This document shows, piece by piece, positions 12,871 to 25,941 of a stretch of DNA of 64,000 nucleotides. Within the stretch, counting starts at the first letter, position 1; every line of letters starts with the position of its first letter. The position numbers were made by a program, and so were the translations under genes. This DNA comes from Haliotis rufescens (Eukaryota): assembly GCF_023055435.1 (NCBI RefSeq), contig NW_025963835.1, forward strand, positions 2,046,001 through 2,110,000. Reading direction: 5' to 3'. Under the pieces are notes generated by a model, which did not search any database, was not told the DNA's origin, and worked only from the letters and a program-made list of their open reading frames with translations.

Positions 12871-15800
12871 ACAATACACACTGTAGAAGAGAAAGGTCGT
12901 CATATGTTGGGCGAGTGAGTGAACAATACACACTGTAGAAGACATATGCCGTCATATATTGAGCGAGTGAGTGATCAATACACACTGTAGAAGACATATG
13001 CCGTCATATATTGAGCGAGTGAGTGAACAATACACACTGTAGAAGAGATAGGCCGTGATACATTGAGCGAGTGAGTGAACAATGCACACTGTAGAAGAGA
13101 TAGGCGGTGATACATTGAGCGAGTGAGTGAACAATACACACTTTAGAAGACATATGCCGTCATATATTCAGCGAGTGAGTGAATCATGCACACTGTAGAA
13201 GAGATATGCCGTAAAACATGGAGCGAGTGAAGGAAAAATACACTGTAGAAGAGATATAACGTCATATTGTGAGCGAGTGAGTGAATAATGCACACTGTAG
13301 AAAGAGATATGTCGTCATATATTGAGCGAGTGAGTGAACAATACACTCTGTAGAAGAGATATGCCGTCATATATTGAGCGAGTAAGTGAACAATACACAC
13401 TGTAGAAGAGATAGGCCGTGATACATTGAGCGAGTGAAGGAAAAATACACTGTAGAAGAGATATAACGTCATATTGTGAGCGAGTGAGTGAATAATGCAC
13501 ACTGTAGAAGAGATATGCCGTAAAACATGGAGCGAGTGAAGGAAAAATACACTGTAGAAGAGATATAACGTCATATTGTGAGCGAGTGCGTGAATAATGC
13601 ACACTATAGAAGAGATATGCCGTCATACATTGAGCGAGTGAGTGAACAATACACTCTGTAGGAGAGATATGCCGTCATATATTGAGCGAGTAAGTGAACA
13701 ATACACACTGTAGAAGAGATATAACGTCATATATTGAGCGAGTAAGTGAACAATACACACTGTAGAAGAGATATGCCGTAAAACATGGAGCGAGTGAAGG
13801 AAAAATACACTGTAGAAGAGATATAACGTCATATTGTGAGCGAGTGAGTGAATAATGCACACTGTAGAAGAGATATACCGTCATATATTCAGCGAGTGAG
13901 TGAATAATGCACACTGTAGAAGAGATATGCCGTAAAACATGGAGCGAGTGAAGGAAAAATACACTGTAGAAGAGATATAACGTCATATTGTGAGCGAGTG
14001 AGTGAATAATACACACTTTAGAAGACATATGCCGTCATATATTCAGCGAGTGAGTGAATCATGCACACTGTAGAAGAGATATGCCGTAAAACATGGAGCG
14101 AGTGAAGGAAAAATACACTGTAGAAGAGATATAACGTCATATTGTGAGCGAGTGAGTGAATAATGCACACTGTAGAAAGAGATATGTCGTCATATATTGA
14201 GCGAGTGAGTGAACAATACACTCTGTAGAAGAGATATGCCGTCATATATTGAGCGAGTAAGTGAACAATACACACTGTAGAAGAGATAGGCCGTGATACA
14301 TTGAGCGAGTGAAGGAAAAATACACTGTAGAAGAGATATAACGTCATATTGTGAGCGAGTGAGTGAATAATGCACACTGTAGAAGAGATATGCCGTAAAA
14401 CATGGAGCGAGTGAAGGAAAAATACACTGTAGAAGAGATATAACGTCATATTGTGAGCGAGTGCGTGAATAATGCACACTATAGAAGAGATATGCCGTCA
14501 TACATTGAGCGAGTGAGTGAACAATACACTCTGTAGGAGAGATATGCCGTCATATATTGAGCGAGTAAGTGAACAATACACACTGTAGAAGAGATATAAC
14601 GTCATATATTGAGCGAGTAAGTGAACAATACACACTGTAGAAGAGATATGCCGTAAAACATGGAGCGAGTGAAGGAAAAATACACTGTAGAAGAGATATA
14701 ACGTCATATTGTGAGCGAGTGAGTGAATAATGCACACTGTAGAAGAGATATACCGTCATATATTCAGCGAGTGAGTGAATAATGCACACTGTAGAAGAGA
14801 TATGCCGTAAAACATGGAGCGAGTGAAGGAAAAATACACTGTAGAAGAGATATAACGTCATATTGTGAGCGAGTGAGTGAATAATGAACACTGTAGAAGA
14901 GATATGCCGTCATATATTGAGCGAGTGAGTGAACAATACACACTGTAGAAGAGATATAACGTCATATATTGAGCGAGTGAGTGAACAATACACACAGTAG
15001 AAGAGATATGCCGTCATATATTGAGCGAGTGAGTGAACAATACACACAGTAGAAGAGATATGCCGTCATATATTGAGCGAGTGAGTGAACAATACACACT
15101 TTAGAAGACATATGCCGTCATATATTCAGCGAGTGAGTGAATCATGCACACTGTAGAAGAGATATGCCGTAAAACATGGAGCGAGTGAAGGAAAAATACA
15201 CTGTAGAAGAGATATAACGTCATATTGTGAGCGAGTGAGTGAATAATGCACACTGTAGAAAGAGATATGTCGTCATATATTGAGCGAGTGAGTGAACAAT
15301 ACACTCTGTAGAAGAGATATGCCGTCATATATTGAGCGAGTAAGTGAACAATACACACTGTAGAAGAGATAGGCCGTGATACATTGAGCGAGTGAAGGAA
15401 AAATACACTGTAGAAGAGATATAACGTCATATTGTGAGCGAGTGAGTGAATAATGCACACTGTAGAAGAGATATGCCGTAAAACATGGAGCGAGTGAAGG
15501 AAAAATACACTGTAGAAGAGATATAACGTCATATTGTGAGCGAGTGCGTGAATAATGCACACTATAGAAGAGATATGCCGTCATACATTGAGCGAGTGAG
15601 TGAACAATACACTCTGTAGGAGAGATATGCCGTCATATATTGAGCGAGTAAGTGAACAATACACACTGTAGAAGAGATATAACGTCATATATTGAGCGAG
15701 TAAGTGAACAATACACACTGTAGAAGAGATATGCCGTAAAACATGGAGCGAGTGAAGGAAAAATACACTGTAGAAGAGATATAACGTCATATTGTGAGCG

Positions 15801-16518
15801 AGTGAGTGAATAATGCACACTGTAGAAGAGATATACCGTCATATATTCAGCGAGTGAGTGAATAATGCACACTGTAGAAGAGATATGCCGTAAAACATGG
15901 AGCGAGTGAAGGAAAAATACACTGTAGAAGAGATATAACGTCATATTGTGAGCGAGTGAGTGAATAATGAACACTGTAGAAGAGATATGCCGTCATATAT
16001 TGAGCGAGTGAGTGAACAATACACACTGTAGAAGAGATATAACGTCATATATTGAGCGAGTGAGTGAACAATACACACAGTAGAAGAGATATGCCGTCAT
16101 ATATTGAGCGAGTGAGTGAACAATACACACAGTAGAAGAGATATGCCGTCATATATTGAGCGAGTGAGTGAACAATACACGCAGTATATATTAAGCGAGT
16201 GAGTGAACAATACACACTGTAGAAGACATATGCCGTCATATATTGAGCGAGTGAGTGAACAATACACACTGTAGAAGAGATAGGCTGTCATATATTGAGC
16301 GAGTGAGTGAACAATACACACTGTAGAAGAGATATGTCGTCATATATTGAGCGAGTGAGTGAACAATACACACTGTAGAAGAGATAGGCCGTGATACATT
16401 GAGCGAGTAAGTGAACAATACACACTGTAGAAGAGATAGGTGGTCATATATTGAGCGAGTAAGTGAACAATACACACTGTAGAAGAGATAGGTCGTCATA
16501 TATTGAGCGAATGAGTGA
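12871..16518. repeat. 52-bp satellite (GAGCGAGTGAGTGAACAATACACACTGTAGAAGAGATATGCCGTCATATATT) with a 50-bp variant and higher-order repeats
   Basis: About 70 tandem monomers. Identical blocks recur at offsets of 875 and 1083 bp, shown by identical ORFs at 13143, 14018 and 15101. Confidence 0.97.
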
Positions 16519-17129
16519 TGAAGGTCGTAGACGTTTGCCAAAATCCCCGAGCTCTGAGATTAAACCATTTGGATTACGGATCCTGACAGAACCACTCCAA
16601 TATATGGCAAGTCCTCCTCTTCGTCACTGGTATCACATGATTTCTCTAAACTGTGACTGTTTTACACAACATCCAGCAACATTCCAGCTTTAATAATCGA
16701 GTTTGGTGCAGACAAACCGTTTGTTGATAGAAAACACTGACGCCGTCTAAGTACATATGCATACAGTCAGCTTGGACATTGCACTCACTCCAAATTTTAA
16801 TCAACTCTTTGAGACAACAGGGACACACGTGCTCAGATAACAAGGTGCCGTACGTAGTGTGACTTGCGCTTTACACTCGTATTTTTGTGGTTTGTAATGT
16901 GCCGTCATATATTGAACGAGTGAGTGAACAATCCATGCACGCAACCGTGGTGTGTCAACCATGTACCCCATTGCGATACCAGAGTCGTTGTGGGGACAAC
17001 GTCAAAACCGAGAATACTTCCAAAGATCCAGATTGCTAAAACGTCCCTTCCAAATTTTGATCAACTCTTTAAGACACGCGCATGTCTCCGGTCGAATTCC
17101 CCCGGACATACCGTAGCTACAATTTAGCT

Positions 17130-17290
17130 GACCCGTGAAGATCAGGGGTAGAATAGGTCTTCAGCAACCCATGCTTTCCGTAAAAGGCGACTAACGGGAT
17201 CGGGTGGTCAGGTTCGCTGACTTGGTTGATGCATGTCATCGTATCCCAATTGCGTGGAACGATGCTCATGATGTCAATCACTGGATGTCA
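17130..17290 (+). mobile_element. SINE-like family B, 3'-truncated
   Basis: GACCCGTGAAGATCAGGGGTAGAATAGGTCTTCAGCAACCCATGC... Confidence 0.8.
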
Positions 17291-18103
17291 TTTGCGTGGA
17301 TCACAAACACTGCAACCATGATGATGCACAAAGTATTTCGCAATTCGGGACCCAACGATGGAGCAATCGTCTCTATGTGACGAATGTATGTACTCTAGAA
17401 AGCGGAACTCCAAAAGCCTGTGGGCTGCTAAGGCTCGTGGAATATTTTTTTATTTTATTTTTTTATGAATCCGCCCGCCCTTTCATTTACCCCTGTTCAT
17501 AAAATTAATAATGTCTTAAGAAACGTCTTGATGAAGTCAAACTTTGTGCCCACGTCATCCAATTCAAAGTATGTCAGGAGAACCTCGCCAGTGTCACAAT
17601 GACTTCGGACCCCGTCTCTAAATTCCGCGAAATTCTGGCCTGAAGAGATCGCTTGGAATATTACCAACAAGTATACTCGGATAGATTTGTAATCTACTAA
17701 AACTATAGTTTAAAAAAACCTCCCTACATAGTCCGTTTTGATAAGCCATTTACATTTTATGGCATCTACTTAAAATATTGTCTTCTGACCCAGTTAAAGA
17801 TGAACCTTCAAACACTGAAAACATCGGGTGATTTTCATATTTTACGGACGCTTCAAAAACTAATCCCAATCAAGTCAACACGAGCCAGTTGCTGAAGCGA
17901 TCTTGGCATTTCAGTAATGATTACACTATTAGTAAGTCATATTTGGAGGCCGTTAGAAACAGGACAGATACTTTCGTAAATAGAAAATCTGTTTGTGATC
18001 TTTGATTTAATCTGCCTGTTATTTCTTCTTTATTGGTTATTAAACGCCCCCTCCCCCCTATTATTAATTATTATTAATTCAGTGCATTTCCACATAAAAT
18101 AGG

Positions 18104-18370
18104 GCCCGTAAAGATTTGGGGTAGAATAGGTCTTCAGCAACCCATGCTTTCCGTAAAAGGCGACTATGCTTGTCGTAAGAGGCGACTAACGGGATTGGGT
18201 GGTCAGGCTCGCTGACTTGGTTGATGCATGTCGTCGATCCCAATTGCTTGGATCGATGCTCATGATGTCAATCACTGTATTGTCTGGTCAAGACTCGATT
18301 ATTTACAGACCGCCGCCATATAGCTGGAATATTGATGGGTGCGGCGTTAAACAACAAACCAACAATCAAA
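18104..18370 (+). mobile_element. SINE-like family B, full length
   Basis: Same consensus as the copy at 12293. Confidence 0.85.
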
Positions 18371-19817
18371 CAGTAACTTTCATATTCTGTTTATATTTTC
18401 TGACGAAACATATTTGTTTTTGTTTTCAACACTAATACGTTGCATCGACACATCGATAATGTTTTTACATGTAAGTAACTGTTGTTTGACAACTCCTTCA
18501 AGTGCTTCCGCGGTATCTTGGCATCGAAAGATATGTCCTACAACGCATGAACATACAGTATTATTGTAGTATCGGTATATCGGTGGTATAAATGTTCATC
18601 TAAATAAGATCAATATCTTATATATTTTCCAACTAAATAAAGATGATATCTATTTAAATCTATTTAAATAAAGATCAACCCGAAGAAAAATAGGAATGTA
18701 GAAACAGGAACACCCTATTATTAAAATTTAAAACATTGTCATGAAAATCACCCCAAATATTCTTTAAAAAATCAACAATTCATATAAAATGGAATATTTC
18801 AAAAACACAAATATGTTTTTCCGCCCACATCGTTACCCTGCCACCGCAAAAGCAATCGACCGGGGTCTGGAGATGAGGTTTTAGGACCCTGGCTACGGAC
18901 GATTGTCTTTCCCCTACTTTAAATCTTTCAATGAAGTTGTGCATCAGTTAGGGGGGCATGACTTCGCAGTTGAATAGTTGTTAACAGACCAAATAAATGT
19001 CATTTGTGTCATTGATTGTGCATAACATTTTACCATAAACTGCATTTATAAGAACTCATTGAAATGTTATTTAGACCTTCATGCATAAGGTTTCTGGTAA
19101 TCCGATTTATCGTCAATCGGCGATCGAGTCAGAATTAACCATCGGGAATCTGGATAAACTACAGGTATAATTGCTATCATTATCAAAAGAACAGTCTAAC
19201 ATGCTGAAAATCAGTGTTTAACTGTGACGTAGCTGAGGCATTTTTATAAGTTTTGACAACTTTGGAGATATAAATTTCGAAACAATTTTGCGAGGGCACG
19301 AGGCCTAGCCAAGCGGGATCAGTAGCCATACCAGTGCTTGTAGACCTCTGCGGCTTGAAACCTTCTCCACAAATTAAAACAGTTGGATTAGGCCGAAATA
19401 TGTTTGAATTGTTACCTTGTTTCGTTTTGTCGCTGTGTGTACATCTGACTACACTTCTTAACGTTAGGACAGACCGACTGTCAACAACGTCTGACCGTGG
19501 TCGTGACGTCTCATAGACTAGGGTTAGAGTAGCTTCCCTTTGACTAGCGGACAGACCGATGGATTGCCGCGAAAGGCAATTAAAAACAACACGTTACTGT
19601 TGTTTTGCGTATGTGTTGCTTCGCCACTGTATAAGGAACGGATTTCAGTTGGAACTATATTGGCTACTGTCACTGTCCGACTGACACATCACTTACCGTG
19701 TGACGTAATAAATATTAATGCGCGCGTTCCAGGAAAACTCGCAATGTTTCGGTAATGTTTGTGAGAGAGGGAAAGCGATTTTAAAGCACAGAATTAAAGA
19801 ATGACATTATATGATAA

Positions 19818-19950
19818 AGAGGTTATCACGCTTGTGTGTTTGGGGATGGTAAATATCCTGTATTAGGAATAAACAAAGCTCGCTAAATACAATGTTTATT
19901 CCTAATGCAGGATATTTACCATCCTCAAACACACTCGCGTGATAACCTCT
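19818..19950. repeat. Long inverted repeat / hairpin (58-bp arms, 17-nt loop)
   Basis: Arms 19818-19875 and 19893-19950 are reverse complements with 4 mismatches. Loop is AAGCTCGCTAAATACAA. Confidence 0.9.
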
Positions 19951-20496
19951 ATTCATTAGATGATAGATAACGGCAATATCACCAATATGACATAATACAA
20001 ATTACAGAACATATTTGGCAGGATTGACGGATTGAGTAAGCTAGCTTTGTATTCTTGCACAAATATATTTGGCCGTTTGTTCAGTCTCAAACTTTCTATT
20101 GACAGGATTAATATATGGAAATAAAGATTGGGCTTAACAAGTTTCCAGGTACACAATTAATGAATTTGAGTGTTCCAATAGATTGTTATCTCATAAAACC
20201 ATTTTTAATCCAATCAATAACTTTTTGTCAACAATCTGATTTAAATGAGAGGGAACATTTTGTACACTCATTGTCATTTGAAATGGGACAACTGATTCAT
20301 CAATGAAGTGTCTTTTCATTGAAGTTGACGTCAAAGGCTATTGCTTGCTGACAAAGATAAGTCTGGAAGACACTTCTCTCGTGCTGTTTTCCTACATTAC
20401 TTGCAATCGTTTGTGTTTCAGATAACTTCTCTATATCTAAGTCGCTAATGGTCATCATACAAAGAGAGTTATCGCGCTTTGAGACAAATCGCCCAT

Positions 20497-20534
20497 CCAA
20501 TGACGTCACAGAGGAGTACAATAGGATGACGTCA
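20497..20534 (+). promoter_or_regulatory. CCAAT plus tandem full CRE sites (TGACGTCA x2, 26 bp apart) upstream of orphan gene copy 1
   Basis: TGACGTCA at 20501 and 20527. Conserved at 24050/24076, 27644/27670, 34682/34708 and 38248/38274. A non-coding first exon ends at donor AAG|gtaag (20689). Confidence 0.7.
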
Positions 20535-20915
20535 TAGAATGGTTCCTTGACGACGTCTCTGGTTTGCCAGCCACATTCGCCAGCATATCGTAACTATCAG
20601 ACGTACAATTCTTGCTCGTCGGAAACTTGATAGTTTATTGCAGTTGAGTGTACCTTTTCCCTAGTGCGACTCTTACCGAAGTTTATAAGGTAAGGACTAT
20701 TTTATTTGCTCACAAAAGAATCAAAATGTCTTGCGGGAACGATGTAGCTATTTGAAGGTGTTTGTACAGTGCGATCGTTACGTCGGATCTGTAGAACACT
20801 CCACTATGTTCAAGACAACAGTCTTCTATTCGTTTCTTATGGAAACTATCATACTCTCGTAGCCACGGTCCAGCAGCTGGTCTGTAATTTCACATTCAGA
20901 TTTCATTTTCTCCAG

Positions 20916-22448
20916 ATGAGTCTGCATCCTCAAGTGCGGTCGAGACGACGGAAGATTCTCTCGCCCATTCTTGAAACGAACGAGGGCGAAATAATCCCAA
21001 TCAGACTAACACCCACAGAAAAAGAACATTTACTTGGTAAGTGTCAAATATACTCCTAAAACGCAATGTCTTTTGCATCGTCCTCATTAATTTATTTGGA
21101 ATTTCAGAAGAAAATCACTTGATGTGTGTTGGAGTTGATAATACACTGCATTAAAACAAACATAAATAATCCATAAAAATACACAGTCAAGCCTTCGGTC
21201 CCTCGGCCTTCATCAGGCACACTCTGTTGGTTTCCACTACACAGTGGAAGGTCCAAAACATGTAACTGTGCCTTATGAAGGTCGGGAAGCCGGAAGCATG
21301 ACTGTACATATTTATGTATTTATCTGAATTCCCCTATGAGAATATACACAAGAGAAGATTTATAAATAATCCATTTAAAGTAAAATCTAGTATATTGTAA
21401 GCCAGACAAATTGTAAATGCGTTCAACCCAACAATGTAACAGATCAAGAGGGCTTCGAAATACATGTACACACTATATGCATATAATCTTTCCTTTTTAT
21501 GTTCGCAGTTCAGTACATGGACTTAAAGTCCCAAGTTGGAGATTTGGAGGAAAGGTAAACACTGTGAACTCTCATATACCTTTTATCGTTATTATTTATT
21601 CTAAAAGAGATCTCCTAGTTTATATTTATTCTTGATAAAATACGATATACCACATCCTTATATCCATACAGGAACAATGGAGGATAATTTTATCTATATT
21701 TTAGTGGTATTGATAACTAAGTATTGCTAAACTCGGATTGAATATATATGTATGTATCGTCTAATCGTAAACATATTTCTTCTTCAGCCTTCTTGATTAT
21801 CTCTTCAATGAGAACAAGAAACTCCTAGAAGAGAATGAGCGACAGAGGCGAGAAGTGAGCAATGAGAGAGAGTTGCGGCTGAAGGCCGAGGCTGAAAGAC
21901 AAAAGTTCCGACTAGACTATTATAACTATAAACTCAGTTTCACAATGGAGCAGGCTGAGCTACGGGAAGTGAAGAAAACACTGGAGGAGCTGGCGGGAAT
22001 GTGGGAGACGGAGAAGAAGGTGGAGGAGGAACAGAGGAAGAAGCTGGAGGAAGAGATGAAGCAGCTGAAGTCACACCATCAGCTTGCTGTGCATGAACTG
22101 GCTGCCCTCCAGCGCCACACTGCTCCTCTGACCTGTCAGACTCCCGGCAAGACACAGCCAAGTCTTCCCTCCGTGGCTCCTCCAGTTCAGCCGAAGAAGG
22201 CACGCAGACCCTACACGGGACGATCTAAGAACAAAGGTCTAAACAATGCTTCATCTGCCAAGTCGGACCTCCTCGCCTCAGGGGACAACTTAATCAAGGT
22301 CAAAGTTATAACAAGTCAGAACAACCTAAAGATCGCTGGTGATGTTTTGCCCAAAGACTCGCAAATTCACAATGCTGCCAAGAAACCAATCCGATCAACC
22401 AAAGCTGTTGCCATTGCAAAGCAAACGCAAGTTCGGAACATGCGATAA
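20916..22448 (+). CDS. Uncharacterised coiled-coil protein, copy 1 (275 aa, 3 coding exons)
   Basis: Exons 20916-21036, 21509-21554 and 21788-22448 splice in frame (GT-AG, phases 1 and 2): MSLHPQVRSRRRKILSPILETNEGEIIPIRLTPTEKEHLLVQYMDLKSQVGDLEESLLDYLFNENKKLLEENERQRREVSNERELRLKAEAER... An E/K/L-rich heptad region is followed by a Pro/Lys-rich tail. Confidence 0.8.
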
Positions 22449-22827
22449 TGACTCATAACATTTAAGAAGTGATTTGTTATCTTTAAATTCGTTTTACAAG
22501 AATATAACATCGCAATACATAAACCAGCGTTTTGTGTTGTTTTGTCACGAGGGTTGAAATCGCCCTGGAAATGTACATAAACAACGGTCTTTCAGAAGTC
22601 AAGATTACTTGTTGGCTTATTGTCTCGGGAGGTGTGAGTGGGTGGAGAGGGACAAGGCTGACACAGTCACCTTAACCGCCGCAATTCGCTGTGCAAGTTA
22701 AGTCAGCTTTTAAGTACAAACAAAGGTTTGGATGCAATCGTAACACACCAGTGCAGAGGAAAAGAGTATATCTCGGATTTGTTAATTTTTGTTGTTGATT
22801 CATGTTGTATTGCTTATGTAGTATACA

Positions 22828-23236
22828 CGATTGCCTCCGTTGCCTGGAGGGTAGAGCTTCTGACCCAGTCGGTGGTTCGATCCCCGGCCATCGATACTAT
22901 AAAACGTTAATAGATGGTATTTATTGTTACCCTGCCCGGCGCTCGGCATTAACGGGCTAAACAAGGACTGGTCGGCTATGAGGTCAGTACACTGTGTCTG
23001 AGTGGGGTATTCATGTTAAACTGCGACATGGCATCTCTGTGGGCTAGCACTATGAAATCAGCATTAGTCCGGACTAGTATGAGCAGACAAACACACACAC
23101 ACACACGCACGCACACACACACACACACATACTTACGCACGCAAGCGCACACATGTACGAACGCACGCGCACACATGTACGTCGCTGTACAAGTACAATA
23201 ATCTTTACATTAAACCCAATTTTACCTCACCTCAAC
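22828..23236 (+). mobile_element. tRNA-headed SINE family D with (CA)n, carried in the tandem unit (also ~26404, ~33605 partial, ~37024)
   Basis: GCCTCCGTTGCCTGGAGGGTAGAGC...GGTTCGATCCCCG...GATGGTATTTATTGTTACCCTGCCCGGCGCTCGGCATTAA, homologous to 52968-53291. Confidence 0.75.
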
Positions 23237-23931
23237 TCCATGTTGCACCTTACAGTGCTCGTGGATTTCACCAAAGTGAAGCCGCATCACTTCAGGCTTT
23301 CCTTCTACATCAAGTTGACACGCCCTTATACAAGTAAAATACTGTTGAAAGCGGCGTTAATCCCCTCAATGACGAGTTATAATTTTGACGCACATGCTTA
23401 TGTGATTGTAGTATCGGGGGGTTTAACACATCTCACTTACTCACTAGCTATAAAAATGTTTGGCGTAATGAGTATCAAAGAAAAGGTAGTCTGCACCCAT
23501 TTGTCATACACCCCGTTTTGTGGACAGGTTAAATAAAGTGGTGCTGGGTTGACATATTGTGGCCACTCATTGTTACAATGGAACATCCCTGACAGGATTA
23601 AACTTGTCATGTTATGGTATAGGAGGTTAGGCTTGAATATTGTCGGGAGCAAAGAGATCAAGACAACTAACTGAAAATATTCATTCGCCTTGTGGTTAAA
23701 TATACCTCAGAAGCAAGATAATGTTTCATTGCTCAATAATAACGTTTTAAGAGTTGATCGAAACATTAGTAAAGAGATTGACTATAACATCTCCTCTTGA
23801 GTTGATTACTGTACAGTTTCTAGATTTAGAAATCATCAATGTGATAAATGTCAACACTGTTAGATAAATAACAGAATGTACTCAAAATGAAAGGGTACCC
23901 TTATCATACGTCTCCCCCCCCCCCCTTTTTT

Positions 23932-23963
<32 letters not shown>

Positions 23964-24454
23964 AGTCGCCTCTATCTCTGTCTCTCTCATAGCGCGAAAT
24001 CTTCACCAATAGAGGGTTATCTCCCTTTGAGACATATCGCCCCATCCAATGACGTCATAGACAGGAACAATAGGATGACGTCATAGAATTGTTCCATGAC
24101 GACATACCTGGCTTTCCAGCCTGTCGACAGTAAGACACCGTAGCTATCAGACGTACATTTCTTGCTTCCTGGAAACTTCATAGTTGTTTGCAGTTGAGTG
24201 TACCTTTTTACCAGTGCAACTCTAACCGAAGTGTATAAGGTGAGAACACTGCATTTAGAAATTTCCGAAGAACTGAAATGTCTTGTGGGAAAGTTGTGGT
24301 TTTGAAGGTTATTGAACAGTGTAAACGTATCTGTAGAACACTACATTATGTCTCAGACAACAGCCTTCTTTATTGTTCCTGTAACTATCATACCCTCGCA
24401 GCCACGGTCTAGCAGCTGGTCTGTAGTTTCACATTCAGATTTCATTTTCTCCAG

Positions 24455-25941
24455 ATGAGTCTGCATCCTCAAGTGCGGTCGAGACGCCGGAAAATTCTCT
24501 CGCCCATTCTTGAAACGAACGAGGGCGAAATAATCCCAATCAGATTAACACCCACAGAAAAAGAACATTTACTTGGTAAGTGTTAAATATACTCCTAGAA
24601 CTTAATGTTTATTGTGTAGTAGTCATTAATTTAATTGGAATTTCAGAATAATCGCTTGGTGTGTGTAGGAGTTAATAAAACACTGCATTAAAACAAACAT
24701 AAATAATCCATAAATATACACAGTCAAGCCTTCGGTCCCTCGGCCTTCATCAGGCACACTCTGTTGGTTTCCACAACACAGTGGAAGGTCCAAGACATGT
24801 AATTGTGCCTGATGAAGGTCGGGAGGCCGGAAACGTGACTGTACATATTATTTATTTATATATTTATTTGAATTCAGCGATGGGAATATATACAAAAGAA
24901 GATTTATCAATAATCCAGTCAATGTAAAATCTAGTGTATTGTAAACCAGATAAATTGTAAATGCGTTCAACCCAACAATGTCACAGTTGTCAACAATGTC
25001 AACAAGTTGGTCTCGAAATATATATGTATATAATCTTTTCTTTAATGTTCGCAGTTCAGTACATGGACTTAAAGTCTCAAGTTGGAGATTTGGAGGAAAG
25101 GTAAACACTGTGAACTCTCATATACCTTTTATCGTTATTATTTATTCTAAAAGAGATCTCCGAGTTTATATTTATTCTTGATAAAATACGAATTACCACA
25201 TCCTTATATCCATCCAGGAACAATGGAGGATAATTTTATCTATGTTTTAATAGTATTGATAACTAAGCATTGTTATATATATTGAATATATATGTATGTA
25301 TCTTCTAATCGGGAACATATTTCTACTTCAGCCTTCTTGACCATCTCTTCCATGAGAACAAGAAACTCCTAGAAGAGAATGAGCGACAGAGGCGAGAAGT
25401 GAGCCATGAGAGAGAGTTGCGGCTGAAGGCCGAGGCTGAAAGACAACAGTTCCGACTAGACTATTATAACTATAAACTCAGTTTCACAATGGAGCAGGCT
25501 GAGCTACGGGAAGTGAAGAAAACACTGGAGGAGCTGGCGGGAATGTGGGAGACGGAGAAGAAGGCGGAGGAGGAACAGAGGAAGAAGCTGGAGGAAGAGC
25601 TGAAGCAGCTGAAGTCACACCATCAGCTTGCTGTGCATGAACTGGCTGCCCTCCAGCACCACACTGCTCCTCTGACCTGTCAGACTCCCGGCAAGACACA
25701 GCCAAGTCTTCCCTCCGTGGCTCCTCCAGTTCAGCCGAAGAAGACACACAGACCCTACACGGGGCGATCTAAGAACAAAGGTCTAAACCATGCCTCATCT
25801 GCCAAGTCGGACCTCCTCGCTTCAGGGGACAACGTCATCAAGGTCAAGGTTATAACAACCCATAACAACTTAAAGATCGCTGGTGGTGTTTTGCCCAAAG
25901 ACTCGCAAATTCACAATGCTGCCAAGAAACCAATCCGATAA
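24455..25941 (+). CDS. Coiled-coil orphan protein, copy 2 (258 aa; TCA>TAA removes the last 17 aa)
   Basis: Exons 24455-24575, 25055-25100 and 25332-25941. The ancestral stop is still present at 25990-25992. Confidence 0.75.

Noticed and set aside
12871-16518. CRISPR-like appearance and repeated minus-strand ORFs
   Set aside because: Contiguous satellite monomers with no unique spacers or cas genes, in a eukaryotic context.
21940-22203. 87-aa minus-strand ORF present in all five units
   Set aside because: Antisense shadow of the GAG/AAG-rich coding exon.
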